64,000 nucleotides of DNA, taken from positions 12,367-76,366 of the forward strand of contig JAEZFY010000344.1 in NCBI GenBank assembly GCA_023417265.1, given 5' to 3'. Origin of the DNA: Actinomycetes bacterium (GTDB taxonomy: Bacteria > Actinomycetota > Acidimicrobiia > Acidimicrobiales > Ilumatobacteraceae). Shown one piece after another: positions 28,680-38,987 of this stretch (position 1 is the stretch's first letter; the number at the start of each line of letters is the position of its first letter). Both the position numbers and the translations under genes were made by a program. The notes under the pieces are model-generated. The model made no database searches. It saw only the letters and a list, made by a program, of their open reading frames with translations, and was not told the origin of the DNA.

Positions 28680-31600
28680 GTGAGCGATTTCATCAAATTC
28701 CTGATCCTCGGTTTGGGTGCCGGCGCGATGTACGGGCTGTCGGCACTCGGCCTCGTGCTCGTCTACAAGGCGTCGAGCGTCGTCAACTTCAGCCAGGGTG
28801 CGATCGGGCTGTGCGGGGCGTACGCGTACTACGAGACCATCGGCACGATGCCGAAGTGGGCGGGCCTACTCGTCGCAGTGGTCACCAGTGCGGTGCTCGG
28901 CCTGTTGACCAACGTGCTGATCCTCGGCCCCATGGAGCGCCGGGGGTCGTCGCCACTCCAGCGCGTCATCGCCACCCTCGGCGTGCTCGCTGTCGTGCAG
29001 CAAGCGCTCATCATCCGCTTCGACAGGATCGCCCTGCTCTTCGACCCGGTGGTGCCGACGGGGCCGGTCGACCTGCCCGGGACGATCGTCGTGGGCCGCG
29101 ACCGGTTCTTCCTGCTCGGCGTCGGTGTGGTGCTCGCCGTCGTTCTCGGCGTCGCGTACCGATACACACGGTTCGGCATGGCCACCTCGGCGGCCGCTGA
29201 GAACTCGGTGTCCGCAGCGGCACTCGGATGGTCGCCGGGCCTGATCAAGTCGGTCAACTGGGCGCTCGGTGGTGCCCTGTCGGGCCTCGCCGCGACCCTG
29301 ATCGGCTCGTTCACCGGGCTAAGCCCGGTCACCGGTTGGCTGACGATCATCCCGGCCCTCGCGGCGGCGATGCTCGGCGGGTTCTCGTCGTTCCAGATGA
29401 CCTTTGCCGGCGGCCTCCTGATCGGTGTGCTCGAGTCGGAGGCGTCGAACTACGCGCCGAGATGGACGACCGCGACGCCGTTCCTCGTCATCATCGCAGT
29501 GTTGATCCTGCGCGGGAAGGCGTTGCCACTGCGCGGATATCTGTCGGACCGACTCCCGCGGATCGGTGCGGCCGAGCGTCATCCGGTGATCGCCTTGATT
29601 TTCCTCGGGCTGGCCGTCGTGAGCGTCGAGGTGTTCACCAAGGCGTGGATCGACGCCTTCACGACCTCGCTGATCACCGCGATCCTGGCGCTCTCGCTGG
29701 TGGTGCTCACGGGGTACGCCGGGCAGATCAGCCTGGCGCAGTACGCCGTCGCCGGCATCGGTGCGCTCGTCGCCGGCCGGCTGGCCGATGCAGCGAGCAT
29801 GCCGTTCCTTCCCGCCGTCGTGATCGGCGTCGCGGCGACGATGGTGTCGGGCGTGCTGGTGGGGCTGCCCGCCCTGCGGGTTCGCGGCGTCAACCTCGCG
29901 ATCGCGACCCTCGGACTGGGTGTCGCCGTGCAGTCGGTGGTGCTCAGCAATCAGGCCTGGACCGGAGGCCCGATCTACGGGACGAGGATTCCGCCCCCGT
30001 CGCTGTTCGGACTCGACATCGAGTCCTTCAATAATCCCGCCACGTACGCCTACGTATGCCTCGGTGCGTTCGTGCTGTGCGCGCTCGTGGTGTCGAACAT
30101 CAGGTGTGGGCGGAGTGGTCGTCGCTTGCTGGCGGTGCGAGACAACGAGCGCGCCGCTGCGAGCATCGGGGTCAGCGTGCTCGAAGCGAAGCTCTACGCA
30201 TTCGCCGTCGCATCAGCGCTCGCCGGGCTGGCAGGGACGTTGATCGCCTTCCGCAACCCCTCGCTCAACTTCACCCAGTTTGAGGTGTTCCACTCGATCA
30301 CGCTCGTGACCTTGGTGGTGATCGGCGGGATCGGCTACGTCAGTGGCGGAGCGTTCGCCGGTGCAGCGGTCGTCGCCGGGGTGTTCTCGCACATCATGTC
30401 GCACTGGTTCGAGACCACGGACTACTACCTGCTCGTGCTCGGGCTGCTGCTGCTCGTCCAGCTCACGGTGGTACCCGACGGCGCGGCCGCCGACATCACC
30501 GAGAAGCTCGCCCCGCTCGCCGGCAGGGTGAACCGTCGGCGTCATCGGCGCAACGACGTGGAGCTGGCGACCGCCCCGTCGATGCCCGCACGCATCGCTC
30601 CGCAGGCGCTCGAGCTGCGCGACGTCACCGTCCAGTTCGGTTCGGTTCGTGCGGTGGACAACGTGTCGATGAGCGTCGCGCCCGGAGAGGTCGTCGGTCT
30701 GATCGGACCCAACGGCGCCGGCAAGACCACGCTGATCGATGCTGCGTGTGGGTTCGTGCCTCTGGCCGAGGGCCGGATCACCTTGGGCGGTCATGATGTC
30801 ACGTCGGTGGCCGTGCACGCACGCGGCCGGCGTGGGCTCGTGCGCTCCTGGCAGTCGCTGGAACTGTTCGAGTCGTTGACGGTGCGCGAGAACCTCCTGG
30901 TTGCCTCTGACAGCCGGTCGATCGGCGCGTATGTCAAAGACCTCGCCTGGCCGGGCCGGCCGGCGTTGCGGCCCGAGGTGATGGCGATCGCCGAAGAGCT
31001 CGAGTTGGTCGACGTGCTCGATGAGCGCACCACCGACCTGTCGTACGCCCAACGGCACCTCGTCAGCATCGCCCGGGCGATGGCTTCGTCGGCGTCGGTG
31101 CTGCTGCTCGACGAGCCTGCGGCCGGGCTCGATGAGGTCGCCACCAACGAGCTCAGTGCCCTGATCCGGCGGCTGGCCGTCGAACGTGGCATGGCCGTGC
31201 TGTTGATCGAGCACGACGTCCCACTGGTGATGCGCACGTGCGATCGGATCGTGGTGGTGCAGACCGGTCGCGTGATCGCCGAGGGCACGCCCGAGGAGCT
31301 GCGCGGCAATGCCGCAGTGATCGACGCCTATCTCGGCGCCGAGGCCCCCACCGCTGCCAATATTGAGCAGGACGCTGATGCGGGTGCCGAGCCGGCACCG
31401 GACGATGGCTCGCCGCTGGAACCGGAGCTGTCGTCAGCGACGACGCGCAGCGGGTGGGCCGCTCACGCGACGGGGGTGCCGCTCCTGACGGCTCGGGGCG
31501 CTTCGGCCGGCTACGGCGCACGTCCCGTGGTGCACGAGCTGGACATCGAGGTACACCCGGGCGAGGTGGTTGCCCTGTTGGGTGCCAACGGAGCCGGCAA

Positions 31601-32204
31601 GACGACGACACTGAGGATGCTCGCGGGCGTGCTCGCCACCAGCACAGGTTCCATCGACCTCCGCGGTCAGCCGACCAGGGCACCGCTCCATCGACGGGCC
31701 CGCAGCGGCGTGTCGTACGTCACCGAGGAGCGGTCGATCTTCCGTGGGCTCACGACGGAGCAGAACCTACGGCTCGGTCGAGGAGGAGTCGATGGCGCCG
31801 TGGAGTTGGTGCCGCAGCTCGAACGTCTGCTCGCACGGCGCGCGGGGGTCTTGTCAGGTGGGGAGCAACAGATGCTGACGCTGGCGCGCAGCCTTGCCTC
31901 GAACCCGTCGGTGCTGCTCGCCGACGAGTTGTCGCTCGGGCTCGCACCGATGATCGTTCAACGCCTGTTCGCCGAGGTCCGACGCGCCGCCGACGAGCGC
32001 GGCACAGGTGTTCTGCTGGTGGAGCAGCAGGTGCGCAGCGTGTTGAACTACTGCGACCGCGCCTACGTGCTGCGTCGCGGGCGGATCGTGATGTCGGTGA
32101 CGGCTGCCGAGTTCGCGGTGCGGCTCGACGAGATCGAGGAGGCCTACCTCGGCACGGGGGCTGACGGCGCGAACGAGAGTGAGCCGGTCGCGGTGGGACG
32201 ATGA
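28680..32204 (+). CDS. Fused HAAT/Liv-type ABC transporter: two permease and two ATPase domains (LivH-LivM-LivG-LivF) in one 1174-aa chain
   Basis: LivH motif LVYKASSVVNFSQG; LivM motif TGYAGQISLAQ; Walker A GPNGAGKT and GANGAGKT; LLLDEPAAG and LSGGEQQ/LADELSLGLAP. Confidence 0.9.
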   Translation: MSDFIKFLILGLGAGAMYGLSALGLVLVYKASSVVNFSQGAIGLCGAYAYYETIGTMPKWAGLLVAVVTSAVLGLLTNVLILGPMERRGSSPLQRVIATLGVLAVVQQALIIRFDRIALLFDPVVPTGPVDLPGTIVVGRDRFFLLGVGVVLAVVLGVAYRYTRFGMATSAAAENSVSAAALGWSPGLIKSVNWALGGALSGLAATLIGSFTGLSPVTGWLTIIPALAAAMLGGFSSFQMTFAGGLLIGVLESEASNYAPRWTTATPFLVIIAVLILRGKALPLRGYLSDRLPRIGAAERHPVIALIFLGLAVVSVEVFTKAWIDAFTTSLITAILALSLVVLTGYAGQISLAQYAVAGIGALVAGRLADAASMPFLPAVVIGVAATMVSGVLVGLPALRVRGVNLAIATLGLGVAVQSVVLSNQAWTGGPIYGTRIPPPSLFGLDIESFNNPATYAYVCLGAFVLCALVVSNIRCGRSGRRLLAVRDNERAAASIGVSVLEAKLYAFAVASALAGLAGTLIAFRNPSLNFTQFEVFHSITLVTLVVIGGIGYVSGGAFAGAAVVAGVFSHIMSHWFETTDYYLLVLGLLLLVQLTVVPDGAAADITEKLAPLAGRVNRRRHRRNDVELATAPSMPARIAPQALELRDVTVQFGSVRAVDNVSMSVAPGEVVGLIGPNGAGKTTLIDAACGFVPLAEGRITLGGHDVTSVAVHARGRRGLVRSWQSLELFESLTVRENLLVASDSRSIGAYVKDLAWPGRPALRPEVMAIAEELELVDVLDERTTDLSYAQRHLVSIARAMASSASVLLLDEPAAGLDEVATNELSALIRRLAVERGMAVLLIEHDVPLVMRTCDRIVVVQTGRVIAEGTPEELRGNAAVIDAYLGAEAPTAANIEQDADAGAEPAPDDGSPLEPELSSATTRSGWAAHATGVPLLTARGASAGYGARPVVHELDIEVHPGEVVALLGANGAGKTTTLRMLAGVLATSTGSIDLRGQPTRAPLHRRARSGVSYVTEERSIFRGLTTEQNLRLGRGGVDGAVELVPQLERLLARRAGVLSGGEQQMLTLARSLASNPSVLLADELSLGLAPMIVQRLFAEVRRAADERGTGVLLVEQQVRSVLNYCDRAYVLRRGRIVMSVTAAEFAVRLDEIEEAYLGTGADGANESEPVAVGR

Positions 32205-32220
32205 CCATGTGTCGACGCTG

Positions 32221-32997
32221 ATGGCGACGCTGCAGATCGAACGTGGCGACGGGTACGTCGTGGTGCGTCTCGACCGGCCGCCGGCAAACGCGATCAACAA
32301 CGCGATGCGGCGTGAGATCAAGACCACGTTCGACGCGCTCGGCCAAGACAAAGGAATCAACGCCGTTGTACTCAGCTCGACGAACGACCGCCTGTTCTGC
32401 GCCGGTCGAGACCTTCGCGAGCCAAACCTCGTCGAAGACGACGTGGTCGATGTGCGCTCGCTGCTCGACCCGTTGTGGGAGTGGCGAGTCGCCCAAACCG
32501 CAGTTCACGAGTGCCTGGTGCCGGTAATCGCCGCCGTCGAGGGCACGGCGGTAGGCGGCGGATTCGGGCTGGTCGGCGTGTGCGACCTCGTGGTCGCCAG
32601 CCACACGGCACGGTTCGGGCTGACCGAGATCAACGTGGGCATGCTCGGCGGAGCGAGCAAGGCGCTGCGGCTCCTCGGTCCATCCAAGGCGCGCCGGATG
32701 CTGTTCCTCGGCGAGCTGATCGACGCCGATGAGTTCCACCGGTTGGGTGGGATCGAGGAGGTCGTCGAGCCGGGTTCGGCCGAGCGCCGGGCGATCGAGT
32801 TCGCTGCCGAGCTTGCCAAGAAGAGCCCCGTCGCGATCCGCCTGGCCAAGGAGTCGGTGTTGCGACTCGAAGCGGCGCAGTTGATGAGCTGGTACCGCAC
32901 TGAGAACGACTACTCATACCGGATGCGCACGCACCCCGATTCCCGCGAAGCACTCGACGCATTCCTGCAGCGTCGCGAGCCGCGCTGGCAGTGGTGA
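32221..32997 (+). CDS. Enoyl-CoA hydratase/isomerase family protein
   Basis: DRPPANAI, FCAGRDL, AVGGG, TEINVG; start may instead be GTG 32209. Confidence 0.9.
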   Translation: MATLQIERGDGYVVVRLDRPPANAINNAMRREIKTTFDALGQDKGINAVVLSSTNDRLFCAGRDLREPNLVEDDVVDVRSLLDPLWEWRVAQTAVHECLVPVIAAVEGTAVGGGFGLVGVCDLVVASHTARFGLTEINVGMLGGASKALRLLGPSKARRMLFLGELIDADEFHRLGGIEEVVEPGSAERRAIEFAAELAKKSPVAIRLAKESVLRLEAAQLMSWYRTENDYSYRMRTHPDSREALDAFLQRREPRWQW

Positions 32998-35333
32998 CCC
33001 GCGGCGTGGGCGCTGATGTGGGCCCGTCGAGTCTGCTGGCCGGCACGCGCGTGCTGGAGGTCGCCGATCTTGCCGGAGCGCTCGCCGGTCGGCTGCTCGC
33101 CGACCTCGGCGCCGAGGTCGTTCGCGTTGATCCGCGTGGGGACACGGCCGACCTCGAGAGCGCCGCAGCCACGTTCCGCCACGCCAACAAGACGATCGCG
33201 CCGATCGACCCGACCGGGGGCTCCGGGCGCGAACGGTTCGGCGAGTTGATAGCCGGCAGCGACATCCTGATCACGTACGTCGGCGAGGCCGTGCGAACAA
33301 GTCTCGGACTCGATCCGCGCGCGCTCGCCGCACGCCATCCGGCGCTGGTGCACATCGCAATCGCCGACTTCGGTCTCGACGGACCCCGGGCGGGTTGGCG
33401 GCTCACTCCGCTCACCGCGCTGGCGGCGAGCGGAGCGCAGTTCGCGTCCGGCTTCCCCGATCTGCCGCCGTGCGCGATGCCCGGCTTCCTTGCCTTCGAC
33501 TGCGCGGCCGTGTTCGCCCTGCTCGGCAGCGTGGCGGGCCTTACCCAGCGTCGTCGTACCGGCACCGGATGCTGCGTCGAGATCAGTGTGCAGGAAGCCG
33601 CCCTGAACGGCTTGGTGCCGTGGTCGATCCCGGTGGCCGACTACGCCGACGTCCTCTCCGACGACCTCCCCGTCGACGGCCGACGCAACGCCGAGGGCAG
33701 CCACAGTGTGCTGCCGGTCGCCGATGGGTTTGTGCGGGTGATGACCTCGAGCACCGCTCATTGGCAGGCGTTTTTGAAGCTGTGCGGCGGTCTCCCGGCG
33801 TTCGAAGGCGAGCCGTGGAGCGACCCGCTCTTCCGCCGCGACCACGCCGACGTCATCAAGGAGGCGGTCGGCGGGTCGCTCGCCGACCGCACCCGAGCCG
33901 ACCTGACCCGCAACGCTCACGCGCTCGGGGCGACGTTGGCGCCGGTGCTGCGCCCACTCGAGTTCGTGGCCCACGAGCAGACCCTTGCCAGGGGCGTGTT
34001 CGCCGACGTCAACGGTGATCCCGTGGCGCGCTCGCCGTTCACGTGCGACGGCGAACGACCGGAGGTCACCGCGGCTCGGATCGCACACGTCGGCTGGGGG
34101 CGTCCGCCGACACCCGAACGCGACATCGGAACGCCGACCGGGGACCAGGGGCCGCTCGAAGGTGTGCGCGTCGTCGAGTTCGGTGTGGCTGCCGTGGGGC
34201 CCGAGTGCAGTCTGATGCTTTCGGAGCTCGGGGCCGACGTGATCAAGGTCGAATCGAGGGTCCGTCCTGACGTTCTGCGCCGTCGCGGCGGCTCGAATCC
34301 GAACGCCTCGTACACGTACAACACCGAGTGTCGCGGGCGGCGCAACGTCGCACTCGACTTGACCACCGAAGAAGGCGTGCGTCTCGCCCGCGAGCTCTGC
34401 CGGCGCGCCGATGTTGTGGTTGAGAACATGCGCGGCGGCACGATGGACCGACTTGGCCTCGGACCCGCCGCGATCCGTGAGCTGAACCCCCGGGTCGTGT
34501 ATGCGTCGAGTCAGGGATTCGGACGCGGTGGCCCGCTCGGCATGGCACCGGCGTGGGGTCAGCTCAACTCGTGCTTCACCGGAGCGCACCACTCGTGGAA
34601 CCTTCCTGACGCTCCGTATCCGTGCGGAACGAGCCTCAACCATCCCGACCACATCGCCGGCAAGTGGCTTGCCGCCCTCGTGGTCGCAGCGCTCGACCGG
34701 CGCACGCGCAGCGGCGTCGGAGCCGACATCGAGTTGGCTCAGACCGAGGCCGCAGCGTTCCTCATGGGAGACCTCTACGTCGCTGCACGACGCGCCGGTC
34801 GCGATCTACCGGTCGACGGGAACGGGTCTGACGAGGCGTGCCCGCACAGCGTGTTTCCGGCCTGCGGCGCCGATCGCTGGGTCGCCGTGGTGTGTCCCGA
34901 CACCACGGCCTTCGAGCGTCTCGCCGCCCTCATCGGCCTGGACGTCAAGCCGGAGTGGAGTGATCTGTCGGGCCGTCTCGCCGATCGGCGCGAGATCGAG
35001 GAGACCATCGCAGCATGGACGTCGGGGCAGGCTTCGGAGGCCGTTGCCGCAGCCTTGCAGAGGGTCGGCGTGTCCGCCGTCCCGGTGATGGGCCCACTCG
35101 ACCACCGGGCCGACCCACACTTGCTCGGACGCGGCGCGATCGTGGCCGTCGAGAACCCCAACGTCGGCGTCGAACACCACATCGGCAACCCGTTGCGGTC
35201 GGCCGAGCTCGGGCTCAGAGTGGCCACGCACGCACCGGCGATCGGAGAGCACACCGCGGAGGTGCTCGGCGACGTGCTCGGCCTGCCAGCCGAAGAGATT
35301 GCCCGGCTGATCGATTCGCGGGTGTGTTGGTGA
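32991..35333 (+). CDS. Tandem-fused class III CoA-transferase (CaiB/BaiF x2)
   Basis: Two repeats of L.G.RV.E...LADLGA/LSELGADVIKVE; VVVENMR; APAIGEHT. Confidence 0.9.
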   Translation: MVTRGVGADVGPSSLLAGTRVLEVADLAGALAGRLLADLGAEVVRVDPRGDTADLESAAATFRHANKTIAPIDPTGGSGRERFGELIAGSDILITYVGEAVRTSLGLDPRALAARHPALVHIAIADFGLDGPRAGWRLTPLTALAASGAQFASGFPDLPPCAMPGFLAFDCAAVFALLGSVAGLTQRRRTGTGCCVEISVQEAALNGLVPWSIPVADYADVLSDDLPVDGRRNAEGSHSVLPVADGFVRVMTSSTAHWQAFLKLCGGLPAFEGEPWSDPLFRRDHADVIKEAVGGSLADRTRADLTRNAHALGATLAPVLRPLEFVAHEQTLARGVFADVNGDPVARSPFTCDGERPEVTAARIAHVGWGRPPTPERDIGTPTGDQGPLEGVRVVEFGVAAVGPECSLMLSELGADVIKVESRVRPDVLRRRGGSNPNASYTYNTECRGRRNVALDLTTEEGVRLARELCRRADVVVENMRGGTMDRLGLGPAAIRELNPRVVYASSQGFGRGGPLGMAPAWGQLNSCFTGAHHSWNLPDAPYPCGTSLNHPDHIAGKWLAALVVAALDRRTRSGVGADIELAQTEAAAFLMGDLYVAARRAGRDLPVDGNGSDEACPHSVFPACGADRWVAVVCPDTTAFERLAALIGLDVKPEWSDLSGRLADRREIEETIAAWTSGQASEAVAAALQRVGVSAVPVMGPLDHRADPHLLGRGAIVAVENPNVGVEHHIGNPLRSAELGLRVATHAPAIGEHTAEVLGDVLGLPAEEIARLIDSRVCW

Positions 35334-35363
35334 CAGCACCCCACCACTGACGGAGGACGGAAC

Positions 35364-36362
35364 GTGCGTGCGTATCATCTGACGACCGACTCGATCGATG
35401 GCCTCGTGCCGGCAGTCCACGCCGATCCCGAACCGGGCCACGGTGAAGTGCTCCTTCGCGTCGAGGCGACCTCTCTCAACCGGCGTGATCTCGTGCTCCT
35501 CGGTCGGGTTCCGCCGTGCCGGATCCCCCTGTCGGACGGTGCCGGCACGATCGTCGCGGTCGGCCCCGGCGTCGACGCCTGGGCGGTCGGTGATCGAGTC
35601 GCCGGATGCTTCCACCCGACCTGGACGGACGGGCCGATCACCGAGGGCGCCCTCGGCGCCGCGCTCGGCGGCACGATCGACGGAACGCTCACCGAGCTGA
35701 TGGTGCTGTCTGAGGCGGCCGTGGTCGCAACGCCACGCGGCTGGACGGCGCAGGAGTCGGCGACCTTGCCGTGCGCCGGGGTGACGGCGTGGAACGCACT
35801 GATCGAGATCGGCCGCCTCCGATCGGGTGACAGCGTGCTCTTGATCGGTACCGGCGTGGTGTCGGTGCTCGCCCTCCAGATCGCCGCCATGTTGGGCATC
35901 CGGGCGATCGTGACGTCGGGCAGCGACGAGAAGCTCGCGATCGCTGCCGACCTCGGCGCCGCGGCGACGATCAACACGGCCCGCCAGGCTGCGTGGCACG
36001 GCGCCGTGCTCGAACAGACCGATGGGCGCGGGGTCGACCTCGTCCTCGAGGTCGGTGGACCGGACACCTTCACGCAATCGGTTCGTAGCGTGCGGTTCGG
36101 CGGGACGATCGCGGCCGTCGGCATGGTGTCGGGCGACAGCGTGTGCAAGCCGCGTCACTTGATCGAGCGGGCGTTGTCGGTTCACGGCGTCCGCGTGGGG
36201 AGTCGTCGGATGTTCCAGAACCTGGTTGCGGCCATCGACGAAGGCGGACTCGTGCCGTTGATCGACCGCGTGTTCGGCTTCGATGAGCCCCAGGCGGCCT
36301 ACCATCGCCTGGCGGGAGTCGGCCACGTCGGCAAGCTCGTCATCGACGTGACTGCGGGCTGA
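35364..36362 (+). CDS. MDR-family oxidoreductase (zinc-type ADH-like), copy 2
   Basis: SLNRRD, IPLSDGAG, LPCAGVTAWNAL, HVGKLVI. Confidence 0.9.
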   Translation: MRAYHLTTDSIDGLVPAVHADPEPGHGEVLLRVEATSLNRRDLVLLGRVPPCRIPLSDGAGTIVAVGPGVDAWAVGDRVAGCFHPTWTDGPITEGALGAALGGTIDGTLTELMVLSEAAVVATPRGWTAQESATLPCAGVTAWNALIEIGRLRSGDSVLLIGTGVVSVLALQIAAMLGIRAIVTSGSDEKLAIAADLGAAATINTARQAAWHGAVLEQTDGRGVDLVLEVGGPDTFTQSVRSVRFGGTIAAVGMVSGDSVCKPRHLIERALSVHGVRVGSRRMFQNLVAAIDEGGLVPLIDRVFGFDEPQAAYHRLAGVGHVGKLVIDVTAG

Positions 36363-36377
36363 GTCGCCTCCGGCCGC

Positions 36378-36932
36378 TCAGCCTGGCGACGGCGCGGCCG
36401 GATCGGGGAGGGGCGCCGGAGGTCGCGCCCAGAACGGCTCGAACGTCGGGAAGTCGTCGGGGAGGCGGCCCGTGTGGGGACCTGGCTCGGCGTCCGGTGG
36501 CACGCGCTCAGGGCCGTGGTCGGGGTGGCCGACCCATTGCCGGTACCACGTCGTGACCTTGCGCTGGCGGAACCGCCACACACCGTCCTCTCGCTCATAG
36601 GCGTCGAAGTACGCCATCGCATTGTCCTGCCAGTGGTCGGGCTCGGTGCGGTGGTGGTGCACCCGGCAGTACACGACACCGTGTGCGTGGTCGGCGTCGT
36701 CGAAGTCGACCACCGTGTTGGCGACCAGGTGCATCGAGCAGTGAAAGCTGCGAAGGATGTGATCGAAACGCAGCCTGACGGCGTCGCGTCCAGTACCGAA
36801 CGTGCCCGCCTGGGCGTCGTCGACGAATAGGGAGGCGATTGTGTCGATGTCCTTGGCGTCGACCGCTACCGCATAACGCTCGGCGAGCTGGCGAATCTCG
36901 CTCCGGCCCAACAGTTCCTCGATCGCGTCCAT
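36378..36932 (-). CDS. SnoaL/NTF2-like protein (paralog of 44525-45040)
   Basis: EIRQLAERYAVAVDAKD, SMHLVAN, GVVYCRVHH, WRFRQR. Confidence 0.88.
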   Translation of the reverse strand: MDAIEELLGRSEIRQLAERYAVAVDAKDIDTIASLFVDDAQAGTFGTGRDAVRLRFDHILRSFHCSMHLVANTVVDFDDADHAHGVVYCRVHHHRTEPDHWQDNAMAYFDAYEREDGVWRFRQRKVTTWYRQWVGHPDHGPERVPPDAEPGPHTGRLPDDFPTFEPFWARPPAPLPDPAAPSPG

Positions 36933-37184
36933 CAAGTTCCTTCTGATCGGTCGTGACGGCGATCATCAGCCGGCCCGCGCCAAGCGGCGACGACGACGTG
37001 ACCGTATCCGGCGGCTCGTGGTCCTGCGCTCCCCACTTGGACGGACGGCTGCGGTGCCCGTTCCGAGGCGTCCAAGTGCCCCGTCGGTGACCGACGGCCG
37101 CACGGGTGAAGATGACGGCAGGCGCGGTGAGGCTGCGTCATCGAGAGTCGAGACCGGCCCGCACCGGTCCAGCGAGGGGGTCCC

Positions 37185-38138
37185 GTGAAGGGGAAGAAGG
37201 TGCTGTTCGTCGGAGCCCAGGGGCCGGTCAGCGCGCCGGCGGTGCGCCTGTTGGCGCCCGACAATGACGTATACGCCATGGCCAGGTTCACCAAGCCGGG
37301 GTCGACGGATCGCCTCGAGTCGATCGGCGTGACGTGTCTGCGTCATGACCTGTACGACCCGCTCGACGACCTGCCGCACGACTTCGACTACGTGTTCCAC
37401 TCGGCACTCCCTCCCGGCGTGGCGAACGACCCTCTGGGTCGCTGGCCCGAGTCGTACGACAGGTATGCCGATGCCACCGGGCGGTTGATGGCACACCTTC
37501 GCCCGAAGGGCTTCGTGTTCACGTCGAGCATCTCGGCGTACTCGCCGCCCGGCGGCGCGACGCCGGTTCCCGAGAACTCCCAGTTCGGGATCCACACCCG
37601 ACCGGCGTACGCGTTCACCAAGGTCGCCAACGAGGCCGTGATCAGCTACGTGTCGCGCGACCTAGAGATCCCTGCGGTGATTCTCCGCGTGGGCAGCGCC
37701 TCGGGAGTCGATGGCGGCCCGATGCGCGACCGGCTCGATCGCATCGTGCGCGGCGAGTCCGTCCTGCTCCACGAGGACGGCCCGATCTACCTCCGCCCGA
37801 TCTTCGAACCCGACGCAGCACGGCTTGCCGTCGCCGCCCTAGAGGCTGGGCGGGTGCCGCCGTTGGTCGTCAACTGGTGCGGTGACGACATCGTCACGGC
37901 CGAGGAGTACTGCGAGTACTTCGGCGAACTGGTCGGACGAGCACCGGTCTTCGAATACTCAGACAAGTTCCCGGCGTATCGCTCCCTGGTGCCCGACACC
38001 ACCCTGATGCACGAGACCCTCGGCGTATGCGAGACGTCGTGGCGCGAGGGCTGCCGAGCGCTCGTGCAGCAGTGCTATCCGGAACTCTTGGAGCAGACGC
38101 AGGGCCGGCGGCACCCGGAGGCAGCCGATGAGCGGTGA
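37185..38138 (+). CDS. NAD-dependent epimerase/dehydratase family protein
   Basis: VLFVGAQG, FDYVFH, SSISAY, YAFTK. Confidence 0.85.
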   Translation: MKGKKVLFVGAQGPVSAPAVRLLAPDNDVYAMARFTKPGSTDRLESIGVTCLRHDLYDPLDDLPHDFDYVFHSALPPGVANDPLGRWPESYDRYADATGRLMAHLRPKGFVFTSSISAYSPPGGATPVPENSQFGIHTRPAYAFTKVANEAVISYVSRDLEIPAVILRVGSASGVDGGPMRDRLDRIVRGESVLLHEDGPIYLRPIFEPDAARLAVAALEAGRVPPLVVNWCGDDIVTAEEYCEYFGELVGRAPVFEYSDKFPAYRSLVPDTTLMHETLGVCETSWREGCRALVQQCYPELLEQTQGRRHPEAADER

Positions 38139-38889
38139 TCGGCGGTTGGACGGGCGCGTGGCGATCGTCACCGGTGCAGCCCAAGGCGCAGGCGGTGGCG
38201 CGGCGCTCGAACTCGCGCGTGAGGGCGCCTCCGTCGTGCTTGTCGGTCGCACTCGTTCGAAGCTCGACGCGAAGGCTGCGGAGATCTCCGAGATGGGTGG
38301 CAGCACGCTGGTGATCGCCGCCGATGTGGCCGACACCCCGGCGATGTCTGCCGTTGTCGAGTCCACGATCGCCTCGTTCGGCCGCGTTGACGCACTCGTG
38401 TGCGCGGCCCAATCTCCCGAGATGCGGCGCGCAAGGCTGCTGGAGATCGACGACGCGACGATCACAGAGCTCTGGCAGTCGGGACCTGCCGCAACGCTCG
38501 CCTTGATGAAGGCGTGCCACCCGCACATGCAAGCCGCCGGGACGGGATCGATCGTCACGTTCGCGTCGGGGGCGATGCGGGCGCCTGCGAATTACGGCGT
38601 GTATGCGGCGTGCAAGGCGGCGATCCTCACCATCAGCCGAGCGGCCGCAGTCGAATGGGGCCCCGACGGCATCCGTGTCAACACGGTGTCGCCGTACGTG
38701 CGCTCTCCCGCGCTCGATGCCGACTCCACGCCGGACCAGCAGGCCGCGTCGAGTGAGCGCCTACCGTTGCGGCGGATCGGCAGCCCCGAGGAAATCGGTC
38801 GCGTTGTCGCATTCCTCGCCGGCGACGCTTCGAGCTACATGACCGGCAACCTGGTGACCCTGGACGGCGGTTCTTGGCACTCGCGCTGA
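38128..38889 (+). CDS. Short-chain dehydrogenase/reductase
   Basis: TGAAQGAG, YAACK, EWGPDGIRVN, YMTGNLVTLDGG. Confidence 0.9.
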   Translation: MSGDRRLDGRVAIVTGAAQGAGGGAALELAREGASVVLVGRTRSKLDAKAAEISEMGGSTLVIAADVADTPAMSAVVESTIASFGRVDALVCAAQSPEMRRARLLEIDDATITELWQSGPAATLALMKACHPHMQAAGTGSIVTFASGAMRAPANYGVYAACKAAILTISRAAAVEWGPDGIRVNTVSPYVRSPALDADSTPDQQAASSERLPLRRIGSPEEIGRVVAFLAGDASSYMTGNLVTLDGGSWHSR

Positions 38890-38987
38890 TCGGGCGACGT
38901 TCGAGATTCCTCGCTTGGGCAGCCCCATGTACCTCTGAAGGGTCGGCAACTAGCGTGAACTCCCGACAGCCGACCAGGGAGGTGTGA

